Assembly (NCBI GenBank): GCA_951406725.2
Contig: OX597822.1
Location: forward strand, 87,606,001-87,670,000
Direction of reading: 5' to 3'
DNA from: Octopus vulgaris
Lineage: Eukaryota
Length of the DNA stretch: 64,000 bases
The translations under genes and the position numbers were made by a program. Within the stretch, counting starts at the first letter, position 1, and every line of letters starts with the position of its first letter. The notes beneath the pieces were generated by a model. The model was not told where the DNA came from. It saw only the letters and a list, made by a program, of their open reading frames with translations, and ran no database searches. Positions 1 to 11,759 of the stretch are shown one piece after another.

Positions 1-24
1 GTTCATTAGATGGAAGTAATATTC

Positions 25-350
25 CTACAGAACAATGCAAGACTTTATACTACAATGCTTACCCCCAAGATGATTTGTGCTTTATGATGGCAGGTATTTG
101 TGCTCCCACCATATTCTCCTGACACCTCTCCAAGTGATTAAAGACAGTCCTATGCAAAATACACATCTCCATAATAAAACACATGAGAGAAGAGGTCAGG
201 TTATTTTCTAAAGACAAAATATTTTACAAAGATGGAATTCAAACTTGTATTGCAATGAGAAAGGGTTGTGGTTTGCAAAGGTGCTTATTTTAATGAATAA
301 CACATTTAATAAAAATGTCTGCAACTGTTCAAGTTATACTGTTTTTGTTA
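25..350 (+). mobile_element. Mariner transposase C-terminal remnant
   Basis: Frameshifted translation gives QNNAR, PPYSPDTSPSD (cf. YSPDLAPSD) and FYKDGI..L...EKVV..KGAYF, matching mariner C-termini. Confidence 0.65.
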
Positions 351-371
351 CTTGATACATATACAGACATC

Positions 372-790
372 TTTGACAGCCATATAAAGAATATCAACAA
401 TCAAGTAGAGACAGGACATTTACTATAAACTTACAGACTCCAAACAATATCTTCCATTCAATTCAGGCCATCCGAGACATCAGAATGAATGTCTCTTATA
501 ACCTAGCCAAAAGGATTTGTACAAGAACATCTGATACAAACATCTAAGATATATGATGTTAAGAACTGAAGGATAGACCTTGAAGGAATTATCCACCATC
601 CTTGATTAATAATGGAATACAAATAAGCCAAGAAATTCAATATCCAGGAACTAAAATAAATAAATAAATTGGAATTGAAGGTCCTGCATCAGATTCCAAA
701 ATATATCATTACTGAAAATGGAGCCCAGGCTAAACAAAATCTTCCAAATACATACTATCATAAAGAGTAAAAGGCTGCCCAAATCAAAGA
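372..790 (+). mobile_element. Penelope-like element RT (thumb region) remnant
   Basis: YYKLTDSKQYLPFNSGHPRH...YNLAKRICT resembles the conserved YxKPT...YL...SxHP motif of PLE reverse transcriptases; frameshifted. Confidence 0.7.
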
Positions 791-960
791 GAGACAGGAG
801 GCCTGTTGCTTAATTTGAGGTCTCTGGGACATTACACACAATCAACAACTATTAGAAATATAACCAATTAAGATACATTCTGGAAATTTTATGCCAAGTG
901 TTAGATTAGCAGATATTGACCAGATCAATAACTAATTAGTTAAGAAAAGAAAATACTTAC

Positions 961-1038
961 AAGATCTTTGCCATCTTCTGCAAACTGATGTTGTGTAACA
1001 GAATCATCAAGCTGTTTCCTTCTTTTTTGTACTTTGTC
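961..1038 (-). CDS. SPTBN5: beta-H spectrin exon, last one visible in window
   Basis: DKVQKRRKQLDDSVTQHQFAEDGKDL; tag/gtaag; 78 nt. Confidence 0.9.
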
Positions 1039-1434
1039 CTACAATATGCAAAGAAACTATAATTATCAAATTTAACAAACACAACTAGAATTGATTACAT
1101 TTCCAAAAGCCTCTAATTATTCCTTTGGTTAGACAGAGAATAAATGATAAATTTTATTTATTTTGTTGTAGGTAAACATTTTATGCCATGTTCATAGCTC
1201 AGAGAGTGGATCTGAGCTGTAGCCTTATAAGCAGAAAAGAGAGTGCAGCAGTATTGATTTTAATCTCAATGATGACACGGTGAAAAGAATAGGTTAATCT
1301 ATCAACATATTATTTGGAAACAATTAATGATGCAAAAACAAACAAATTTAAAATTCTAAAAGGACTATTTTCAACAGTCTTTTGAAATTAAATAGGAAAA
1401 TATATTTATCAAATTAATTTTAAACATATATATA

Positions 1435-1993
1435 CTCTTTTACTTGTTTCAGTCATTTGACAGTGGCCATGCTCTAGCATCGCCTTTAGTCGAGTAAATC
1501 GACCCCAGGACTTATTCTTTGTAAGCCTAGTACTTATTCTGTCGGTCTCTTTTGCCGAACCGCTAAGTTACAGGGACGTAAACACACCAGCATCGGTTGT
1601 CAAGCGATGTTGGGGGGGACAAACACAGACACACAAACACACACACAAATAAATATATATATATCATCATCATCATTTAGCGTCCGTTTTCCATGCTAGC
1701 ATGGGTTGGACGGTTCAACTGGGGTCTGGGGAGCCCGAAGGCTGCACCAGGCCAGTCAGATCTGGCAGTGTTTCTACAGCTGGATGCCCTTCCTAACGCC
1801 AACCACTCCGAGAGTGTAGTGGGTGATTTTATGTGCCACCGACACAGGTGCCAGACGAGGCTGGCGAACGGCCACGCTCGGATGGTGTTTTTATGTGCCA
1901 TCCGAGCGTGGCCGTTCGCCAGCCTCGTCTGGCACCTGTGTCGGTGGCACATAAAATCACCCACTACACTCTCGGAGTGGTTGGCGTTAGGAA

Positions 1994-2030
<37 letters not shown>

Positions 2031-2193
2031 TATATGCGATGGGCTTCTTTCAGTTTCCGTCTACTAAATCCACTCACAAGGCTTTAGTCGGGCCGAGGCT
2101 ATAGTAGAAGACACTTGCCCAAGGTGCCACGCAGTGGGACTGAACCCGGAACCATGTGGTTGGTAAGCCAGCTACTTACCACACAGCCACTCC
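1435..2193 (-). mobile_element. tRNA-derived SINE (family A) interrupted at its internal (TA)n by an RTE-type 3' end insertion
   Basis: Minus strand begins aggagtggctgtgtggtaagtag...ggttcagtccc (A/B boxes); closely similar uninterrupted copy at 47857-48234. Confidence 0.85.
1665..1993 (-). mobile_element. RTE LINE 3' end with (GAT)n tail and fold-back inversion
   Basis: Matches the 3' terminus of the RTE at 31780-31967; perfect inverted repeat 1790-1885/1898-1993. Confidence 0.85.
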
Positions 2194-2749
2194 TGATATA
2201 TATATATCAATGTGAAAAAGTATCAGAAGCACAACCCAAAGTAATAAGAAAACTAAGAGTTGAGCAAATCTGGTGTAAATATTGGCAGTTGGAATGAGAT
2301 CGCATCAATCATGATGTAACTAAAGTCTTCTGTTCAAACATTTCACCACCATGATCAACATTTGTTTTTCTTCAAGAACACAAACCATACAAAAATTCTG
2401 TAATATTTATATTCCCATTTCAAACCCTATAATTTCTTCTTGAAATATGTGTATCAGTTGTGTAGAGGTTTAGGATTAAAAATATAATTTTTGAACTTCT
2501 TAACTCAGCAGCTTCTTACATAATTCTATTTTAATGCCATTCCGATTCTAAGGAATAGATAGGCTAATAAAATAGAATTGTCTAAATATTTCGTTTTTCC
2601 TCTTAAATTAATAGAAATTTCTATAGCAAGGTGATAAAACAATATTTGCGTTTTGGTTGACAATATATATTAGCAGCAGCAGTAAACAGAAACAGTAACA
2701 AGAATTGAGTAAGAGAGCAGAAAATTAAGTCTTTAAGACTTTCACTTAC

Positions 2750-2831
2750 CTGTAATGCTTTCCACTGCTTCTCTACTTCCTTTTGCCTTTGGTCAACATA
2801 ATTCTTTTCATTAGGGTATGCAGAACGGACA
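2750..2831 (-). CDS. SPTBN5: beta-H spectrin exon, spectrin repeat
   Basis: VRSAYPNEKNYVDQRQKEVEKQWKALQ; aag/gtaag; 82 nt. Confidence 0.92.
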
Positions 2832-3799
2832 CTTAATTAAAATAATAAAGTGATGCAATTACCATAACAATATCAATTATCAGATGAATTTTCACCAAAT
2901 TAATTATTTTTTTATATATTTATTTTTTTAAATGTTCAGACACAAATTTTTAAGTCTGTTCTTAAACAGTAAAGTGTGAAATTCACTAAAATAATAAACC
3001 ACATTTCATTGCATCCTTAATTACGTAAAGTCCACAACTTATCACAATGAAATGAAGTATCAGTCACACTTCACAATTGTTATTGGCATTAAGGTATCAT
3101 CATCAATTAGTGTGTTTTTTCATGCTGGCATGGGTTGGCAACAGTATCTGGCTGTAAAACAAAGGGGTCAACAAGACATGCAAATATTTGAATTTCCACA
3201 ATCAGAGGCAAGCATAGCTGTTGCATGGTTAAGAAGATTGTTTTCCAAATATGTGGCTCTAGGATTGGTCCTACAATACAGAACCTTCAACATCTATCTT
3301 CTACTAAAGACTAGAGTTAACTCTGTGTGTGTGTGTGTGTGTGTGGTAAGTGTACATGAGAGAGGACAGGGTTTGCATTTATGTTTATAGCAGACTAAAA
3401 ATGATGTTTATGCAGTTTTTCTTTATAAGATCAATCAGGTAAATGCCAAACTGAAATAAGTACCAACCAAGGTGAATAGAGAAAAAAAAAACCCATTGAT
3501 GGTGGAACTCCAGGGTGGCCATGGTTCAATGACAGAAACCAATAAAAGATTAAAAGAATTTCATGTAATAAATAATGTGAACAAAACACTTAAGCAATCT
3601 TATTTACTAATTCACTTGAAGCCATTTCGATTTTTCACAAGCATCACGTACTATAATATGACACATTCCAGATACTAGAACATTAAGGATAGGAGACAAA
3701 AATCAGGGGAGATGGCTGAGAAAATAAAGTCTTGGACTTGGCACCTATTTAGTTTCATCTCTCTTCATTCTAAGTTCCAATCCTTTCAAGTCAGTGTAC

Positions 3800-4224
3800 T
3801 AACTGGCAGAATTGTTAGCATTACCAGACAAACTGCTTAGTGACATTTCATCCATCTTACATATTCTGAGTTCAAATCCTGCCTTTCCTCCTTTCAGAGT
3901 GAATGATATAAGAAACAGTTGAGGACTGAAGTTGATGTAATTGACGAGTTTCCACTCACAAAATTCAGGCCTTCTACCTAAAGTAGAAAGGATTATTACT
4001 ATTATTAAAGTGGTAAGCTGGCAAAATTGTTAGCATACCAGTGAAAATGTTTAGTGGCATTTCATCCATGTTCATGTTCTGAGTTTAAATTTCGCTAAAG
4101 TTCACGACCTTTCACCTGTCTGAGGTTGATAAAATAAATACCAGCTGAGTACTGGGTTTAATGTAAGCAACTAGCCTCTTACTCACAAGATTTCAAGCCT
4201 GATGTCTACAGTAGAAAAATATTA
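3800..4224 (+). mobile_element. Two tandem copies of SINE family B
   Basis: ctggcagaattgttagca...gagttcaaat...cctttc...agtagaaaggattatt; same family at 15307-15525, 15927-16148, 20730-21153, 25108-25320, 41885-42270. Confidence 0.75.
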
Positions 4225-4227
4225 GAA

Positions 4228-6325
4228 GCATCAAATTGCTGGACCAGGTCATGAAAGCTATGGAAAGAACAACAGCCCAATTAATTAGGGACAGAATCAG
4301 ATTAGAGTAAAGCTATGGAAAGAACAACAGCCCAATTAATTAGGGACAGAATCAGATTAGAGTAAATGCAGTTTGTCTTTACGCTGGGGAGAAGCACTAC
4401 TGATGCTCTCTTTAAAGTAAAACAACTGCAGAAGTAGTTGGTTAAGGATAAACCATTGTACTTGGCATTTATTGACTTGGAAAGCCTTTGACAGAACTCT
4501 GTGTGATATGGTGGGCTTGACAAATCTAGCTGTACATGGCATGTGTGGAGGCTTTACCAGTAATGCGAGAGTTAGCCATGAGAACAGTGATGAATTTAGT
4601 GTACAGACAGGTGTTCATCAGGTTTTAATTATTAGTCCCCTCCTATCCACCCATTATTCTGCAGACCACAACAGTGTTGCTGGTTGCTCCTGGGAATGCT
4701 TATATACTGATGATCTTGCTTTCATAGCAGATTCTGTAACAGAACTAGAAAAGAAATTCCAGGTGTGGAAGTAAACCTGAAATCAGAGCACCAAAGTTCT
4801 AGTGAGCAAGAAAACAGACAGAACTGTGTAAATGGCTCTGCTGGATACGTAGGAAAGGTTAAGCAGGAATTCCACACACTGTACCCAGTAAAATCCATGG
4901 ACAAAAAAACAGGTGCAGTGGAATAGAAGGAAGATTAACAGAGAAAGTAATGTTTGTAGAAGGAAGATGCAGGGGAGTCATGAAAATTACAAACATGTGG
5001 GAAATTGATTTTCTCAAATACTCCAGAAGCTCTCTAGAGTTAGTGGATAATTTCTGCAATCTAGGTAACTTAATTAGCAGTGGAGGGGGATGTACTAAGT
5101 GTTTTAGTACTAGAATAAGAATAGGATGGAGAATGTTCAGAGAGCTTTTACCTCTGTTGGCAACCAAAAGTCTCCCTCTCTGAGTAGAAGTAAGATTGTG
5201 AGATGCATGTATACAAACAGCAATGCTACATGGTAGGGAGATGTTGGCCCTGAATGCAGAGGACATGCAATGACTAGAGAGTAATGAAGTTGGTATGCTC
5301 CACTGGATGTGTGTCAGAGTGCTAGTGTATTGAGAGAAAAGTTAAGCATAAGAGGAATTAGATGCAGTGTGGATGAAGAAAGACTGCATCGATATGATCA
5401 GGTGATACATATGGATGAAGGCAGTTGCATAAAGAAATGCCAATCACTCAAAGTGGATGGTAGTTGTGGAAAAGGGAGACCCAGGAAGACGTGGGTTGAA
5501 GTACTGAAGGCTGATCTGAAGATGTTGAGCCTTATGAAGGAGATAACAAAGGACCAAGACAACTGGGCTTTGCTGTACCCAAGAAGATCTGTCCATCAGA
5601 ACTGATATCCTAAAACCACCTTGGTAATGCTCGTCAGTGAAGAACTGGTGCCCACCCCCACCTCTATTCTCTCTGCCTTGTCAACCATTTCCCTTCACAT
5701 TTTATCCCCTAACACCCATCCTTTCACTATCACCTGAAAGCCGAGCAAACATATTACACCCACTGACTTTCTCAGTTACTTTCTTCCCCACCCCCAAACC
5801 ACTTCCATTTCCCCTTATCTTCCCTTGCCTTTTCTCCTCTGTGCTGTTCTTCATCATAAACATCTCACTTATCTGCTATCACCCTCAATGTACCAACATA
5901 ACCACTGCAATCCACGTTACTGAGTGTCGATTTCTCTCCAGCATTTGCTACAGTCACCTCTATCTTTCTTATTCATCCAATCCAAGCCTCTGGATCAGAT
6001 CACCCATTCTCACACCCCAGCAACACATCTATCTCTGTACAAATATACATTTAATCTCTCAACAACTGACACAAAGCCACCTCCCTCATTACTACTCATC
6101 CCTGAGGGGGTTTTGTTTCACAAGTTCTTTGGTGAGCCTGTCTGTGCTGGTGCCATGTAAAAAGCAATGGTGCTATGTAATAAGCACCCAGTATACTCTG
6201 TGAAGCGGTTGGCACTAGGAAGGGCATCCAGTCAAAGGAACCATGCCAAAACAGACAACTGATCCTGGTGTGGCGCTTGGCCTTACCAGCACCTGTCACA
6301 CCATCCAATCCATGCCAGCAATGCC
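4228..6325 (+). mobile_element. Degraded 5'-truncated RTE LINE (RT C-terminal part, pyrimidine-rich 3' UTR, terminal module)
   Basis: IKLLDQVMK, FIDLEK, YTDDL, GRPRKTW motifs with many stops; collinear with 29960-31967. Confidence 0.88.
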
Positions 6326-6559
6326 ACAAATCAGTGCATTAAACCAGTAGAATAAAAGGATAAATCTTATATGTTTTATAAATTCTTAAAGCCATTCTTC
6401 AAAAGAAAAAAAAAGGGGTCAATAAACATTTGAGTCTGTAGTAATAACCAAAAAGCTGAAAAGTCAATGAAAAAAACTGTAGGTATTTTCTTGAAACACA
6501 ACATGCAGTAGATTAAATAACATTTCAACTTCCTAAAACATCAAATATATAAGTTTTAA

Positions 6560-6751
6560 CCCTTTAGCATTTAGATTACTCTGTCAAATGTAATGCTTAT
6601 GTATTCACATTTGAAATTTATTAGGTATTATTTCATGGCTTGGAGATGTGGCTGTTTATTTGTCATGTGACACTGTAGGCTAAGTGTGAAAAGCTAGATC
6701 TGGCCAGGTGGAATATTTTGGCTGGATACAGTTGGTTTAAATGCTAAAGAG
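6560..6751. mobile_element. piggyBac-type MITE
   Basis: TTAA|ccctttagcattta ... taaatgctaaagag|TTAA: TIRs and TTAA TSD. Confidence 0.7.
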
Positions 6752-7459
6752 TTAAACAAGTATTTCTGCACTCGGACTCAAGATTTATCTGAGTGTAAAT
6801 TTTTTTTCTCTACCAAAGAAACAACAATGATAACAAAAACTGATTGATGCAAAAGACAATAAACAAGCAAATACAAACTACTCCCAAAAGCAGCCAACTG
6901 AAAACTGCATGCAGCTATGGAAATAATGAAAGAAGGCTCTAAAAACTAATCTTGATGAACTAAAACCTTTACAAATCACACACACACGCACACACACAAT
7001 AGAAGCTAATAAACTAAATGAAAGTGATAAGAAACTATGACATATAATTCTCATGAAATGCCCCTTACCAGATGGAAAAGAATCTATAAAAAAATATGAT
7101 TAAAATGATTGACAAATATAAAACGGATTTACAAAAATAATAACTCTAGATAAGGAATAATATCAAAGAAACTTTACCATTGTTTTAGGTATAATATTTT
7201 AAAGAAAATTTTTTTTAGCTCTAGACTTAAATACATTTCATAAGGTCCAAGTTTGTCTTACTATAATTCATATGATAACATCCAGTTCTATTTACAATAG
7301 AGAATAGATAAGTAGTTTAGTGATAATCTGTTATATCTGTGTCTAGAACACAGATGAGAATCACAAAAAGTATTAGAGAAATATAATAATACTTGCATAT
7401 AATACACAAAGTAAAAATACACAAACTGTAAAGCTATGTTTCATTTAAGAGAGGACACA

Positions 7460-8292
7460 CACACATCTAATAATCATAAAATATTTTTTAAAATAATAAC
7501 TAAATTATTATCAACAAATATAGTGATTAAAATCTGAAATTTACGCTATCAATAAATGTATAGGCATATAAAGAAAAATAAATAAATTAATTAATCCAAT
7601 ACTACTTACATAAATATTAAATATTAATATATATTTATGAGATACATTAAAAAATTAAAGATTAAAACAATATTATAAACCAGTAACCTAACTTTAAAAA
7701 ATCATATAACTATTAAGTTTCTAATTTGATAATAGAGTTTTTTATAAGAAAAATTATTATTTTATTTATTTCTTAAAATATATTGTTTAAATCTATTTGC
7801 TTATTTATTTAACTATTATCATTAACCTGAAAATTGACTATAATTATAATTCGAATTTTTAATTGAATTTAAATTAATTGTAATTCGAATTGAATTATGG
7901 CCATGAAATGTACGTAGTGGTTTTACTTATTATATTATATTAAACTTTTTATACTTTTTGATAGTATAAAAAAATTTTTTTTAATTTTTTAAAAAATTAA
8001 TAAATTAAATTTTAATTTTTTTTAAAATTAATTAAAAAATTAAAAGTTTAAAAATTTATAAATTAAAAATTTTAAAAATATAAAAATTTATAAATATAAA
8101 TTTAAAATTTTATATTTTATTTATTTTGTATATTATATTAATTTTTATGTTTTGGTTCATGTTTTTTACTGTTTGATTTGCCTAATAGTGGTTTTATCTC
8201 TAATTTAATTTATATTTATACTGTAAAATTTGATTTAATCTTAAATCTAATTTTTCCCTGTAAGTTTGGATATACTCCCTAATATTATTATT
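7460..8292 (+). mobile_element. AT-rich Penelope-like terminal repeat with degenerate hammerhead motif, ending at (TA)n
   Basis: 7820-8290 is the reverse complement of 17683-17995 (e.g. tgtttgatttgcctaatagtggttttatctctaatttaat); left boundary uncertain. Confidence 0.6.
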
Positions 8293-8730
8293 ATATATAT
8301 ATATACACAAGCATTTATGGGTACAGGACGTTACCAACAGTTAAAACAACATGAAATACATAAACAAACAAGCTAAGTATGTAAACAATGAGAAAAAAAT
8401 GGAGAACAGGACAAGTAGCATAAAGAACGACCCTTCATCAATTGTCAGCTGTCTGTCTACTCCTCATTTCAAGCATTCAACAACAATACGAGTCTTCAAA
8501 GATAGTTGCTCCCATAAATTCTAAAATAAAATTTAAGATTTATGGAGGGTCAAAGTTGGGAATAGAAACATGACAGTGAAACCGAACGAAACAAACATGA
8601 AGGGTCGTCAAACCAGAACCAGAGGATAGATTTGAAATTTATACTTTCATTTCTTGGTTCCCATGCCTAACTGCTGTTATGTAAAATCTGTTATTTTCAT
8701 CTGATTAACCAATTCAAGCAAAAGACTTAC

Positions 8731-8795
8731 GTGTCAGCTAGAAAGGCCATTTTTGTCATTTTTGTTTCAACAGGAACAAGTTCTCGTTCAAAATT
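8731..8795 (-). CDS. SPTBN5: beta-H spectrin exon, spectrin repeat
   Basis: NFERELVPVETKMTKMAFLAD; cag/gtaag; 65 nt. Confidence 0.92.
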
Positions 8796-8878
8796 CTGAA
8801 AGAAATAATGAAACAATTCAACTAAAGAATACAGAATTTTTATCAAGTCAAGCTTTTGTATTAACATATTATACCCAC

Positions 8879-9005
8879 CATGTGTTTTCTTCTCAGATTT
8901 TTGCTGCTTTCAAGATCTTTTCCTACATCGTCATCATAGAGTGCATTATCTTTCTCTCTTATCCATTCTTGGAGGTCATCACATGTTAGTTTAAACATCT
9001 CAATG
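8879..9005 (-). CDS. SPTBN5: beta-H spectrin exon, spectrin repeat
   Basis: IEMFKLTCDDLQEWIREKDNALYDDDVGKDLESSKNLRRKHM; cag/gtggg; 127 nt. Confidence 0.93.
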
Positions 9006-9079
9006 CTGAAATATAGTTATTAAAACTTGTAAAATTACATGATCAACAATAATAACCAATCTGTTTCTAAAAGTTTTCA

Positions 9080-9187
9080 ATACTCTTTTACTCTTTTACT
9101 TGTTTCAGTCCTTTGACTGCGGCCATGCTGGAGCACCGCCTTTAGTCGAGCAAATCGACCCCGGGACTTATTCTTTGTAAGCCCAGC
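9080..9187 (-). mobile_element. SINE family A 3' fragment
   Basis: tactcttttacttgtttcagtc...ggacttattctttgtaagcc, as at 1435 and 47857. Confidence 0.8.
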
Positions 9188-9189
9188 AG

Positions 9190-9505
9190 CGGATGAAGTG
9201 TTGTGTCTTTCTAGTTCTACAGAGCTGAACATGCGGGACACATTCCTCATCACTCTCACTAAGTCTGCCATTTGAATACTGAACTTGGTGTTGTCTGCAA
9301 TAACTGCATTCTTATGGATGAGCTATTTAGAAGTCACGGGCTTGGCATAATGGGAATGGAGGATCTGGACCTGACTATTCTTGGTTTCCAGCCAGAGTTC
9401 TGTGTCTAAGACCAGTAGCCTATAGTACAGGTGCTTGTTAGAGTAGTCTGTTGTTACCTTAATACTCTGGTGCATGCTCTCCATAGTGTAAGCTTCTTGT
9501 TCATC
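9190..9505 (-). mobile_element. Penelope-like element RT remnant (second family)
   Basis: Minus translation SMHQSIKVTTDYSNKH...LVLDTELW...ILHSHYAKPVTSK.LIHKNAVIADNTKFSIQMADLVRVMRNVS resembles PLE RT C-terminal region. Confidence 0.55.
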
Positions 9506-9872
9506 TTTAGTTCACATAATCATTGTTTTTGAAACAGTTAAATCAGACTGGAATCAATATATTATATCAAAGAGTATATTCATATAAAAAAAGTATTCAT
9601 TTTGCTAACTAATTGTAATATAACCCTTTTAAAAACTATTTTTCAGTCTATGCTTACAGTGATGGATCTTATAACAGTCCTCAAAGCATGCTATAAGTAT
9701 CTCTGGTTAAGCAATACTTGTAGTTTCGAAGAGGATAACAGTTTAACAAATTCTGAACAAGTCAAATTTTTTATTTCTTCCTACATACAGACATTATTAT
9801 GTGGAAAAGGGAAGACAATAACATTGTAATATAAGAGAATAAAATAACTGGAAAAATATAGTTAAATTTTAC

Positions 9873-9932
9873 CTTGAAGCTCCTTCTAAAAGTTTTTCTT
9901 TATTCATCTTGAGTCGATTCAAATTATCCCAA
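9873..9932 (-). CDS. SPTBN5: beta-H spectrin exon, spectrin repeat
   Basis: WDNLNRLKMNKEKLLEGAS; cag/gtaaa; 60 nt. Confidence 0.92.
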
Positions 9933-10759
9933 CTGAAAAAAATTATGAGATTTATAATCAACAAAATATCTTACAAAAATTAAAATTATACTTATGTTTC
10001 CAAAAAATTACAATTAAGAAAATATAAGGGGAAAACCAGTTTTAATAATTATCTTTTTCAACTCAGGGTAGAAGAATGAAATAGGTTGTCGGGATGATTC
10101 TACTCACTTGCAATGCTGAACACTGATGGACAAACTATATTGCTTGTTTCAGTTTACCCTACTTTAAGACTAATAATAATAGCATTTCTATTCTGACCAA
10201 ATAGTGTCCACACCATCTTTCTGTTTTAAGTTGTTGAGTGAAAATCCACAAAACAATAGCAAATAGCATAAAAATATGCCAGTACAATAGATGAATAACT
10301 GTACATAATTTATAAACTGATTGTGATGTAAGTGATAATATGCTTAACTGGAAAGCAAGAGATCTGCATTTCTATTCTTGATAATATCTTTAATATTTAC
10401 CTGAAATTATTAACTATGTTTTATGTATTTGGATTCAAGCCCATCACCACTTGCACTGTGCTCTTTAGGGCTTTGTTTGTTCTAGAGACAGGAGGTAGGA
10501 TTGAAACTTAGAATGTCCAGAACCCAAACAGATCCTGCAAAGTACCTTGGTTGATGCTTTAACCTTCAACCAATCTACCACTTTGAAGACATACTTTTTT
10601 TTACTGATTCCAAAAGGATGGAAAGTAAAGCTGATATGGGTGGCATATACAGCTAGAGCGCAGAAAGCCAGGACAAATACAGCAAGGTATTCAAGCCAAC
10701 ACTGTATGACTCTCTCTCTTTCTCTCTCTCCACACACACACACACAATTATGCACTTAC

Positions 10760-10890
10760 CGTCTTTGTATTTCTTTTTGTCTTTTACGAACAGCATCCTC
10801 TTCACTGCTTCCAGAAGAAATAATTTCATCAGCTAAAGTATTGATATCTTTAAGTCGTACTTGATTAGCAGCTAGACTCGTTAGCAATGA
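10760..10890 (-). CDS. SPTBN5: beta-H spectrin exon, spectrin repeat
   Basis: SLLTSLAANQVRLKDINTLADEIISSGSSEEDAVRKRQKEIQR; cag/gtaag; 131 nt. Confidence 0.92.
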
Positions 10891-11000
10891 CTGAAAACAA
10901 ACAGATCCTGTAAATGATTCTGATAGAAGACATACTAGATGTTATGTTAATATATCTGTTTTGCAAGATTCCTGATGTGAAATTGTGTATTGAAACAAAT

Positions 11001-11420
11001 TTTGTTATACTTGGGGATGGTCATATTTTGCCAATTAAACACATGCACTACATATTTGGTTTTCACTTCAGCTTTATTATTATTATTATTATTCTAGTTT
11101 CTTTCTCAAAGCTCTTTTGTCACACGTTCTGTGACCTCTCCCATGTATCTCCTCTTGTTCTGCTTATTCCATTTCGTCTTTCTATGGTATGTATCCTTAT
11201 CTACACATGCGTTTGTGTGTGCGTGTGTGTGTGTATCAGTGTGCGCACATGCATGTTTTGTGTGAGTGTATATGAGTTTGCTTACCGCACTTTGTATCCA
11301 TGCAAACAAGATGTTTGACAAAAAAGTTAATATAATAATAAAGCTGAAGTGAAGACCAAACATATAGAGTGTGTATGTGGGTTTGATTGTCGGGACATGA
11401 CCATCCCCAAGCATAACAAA
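11001..11420. mobile_element. MITE-like element with ~85-bp imperfect TIRs and internal (GT)n
   Basis: tttgttatacttggggatggtcat...tttcacttcagctttattat versus ataataaagctgaagtgaag...atgaccatccccaagcataacaaa. Confidence 0.65.
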
Positions 11421-11759
11421 TACTGAATGGCTTTACAATTAATTGAAAAATGGTTAAATACCAAACTGACATGAAGTTATATGCACTAGAACTAGAGTTT
11501 TATGGGTCTGCTCAAGCAGAACCGATTGGTGATACATGATAAATTATTAGCTTAAAGATAAAGTATGTCCTGCCAACCTAACCCTTAAATTATACATTTC
11601 CCCTACAGTCCAGGTTAGGACATCTGCTAATTTCTATCATAATCCATCATCTAATTTTATATCATACAGAGGGTTTGGGCTAAACTTGACAGTTTGCATA
11701 AAAGGAAAGCAAAACACAATATCCAACTAAAAAATTAAAGTATTTAAAAAAAAACAAAA

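Noticed and set aside
1677-2297. Overlapping ORFs on both strands with mirrored peptides
   Set aside because: Artefact of the perfect palindrome and of SINE/microsatellite sequence.
5637-6203. 188-aa ORF
   Set aside because: Low-complexity pyrimidine-rich RTE 3' UTR; no domain, no ATG start.
7400-8290. Possible NUMT (mitochondrial rRNA or control region) because of extreme AT content
   Set aside because: No recognisable rRNA or tRNA motifs; its right half matches the dispersed repeat at 17683-17995.
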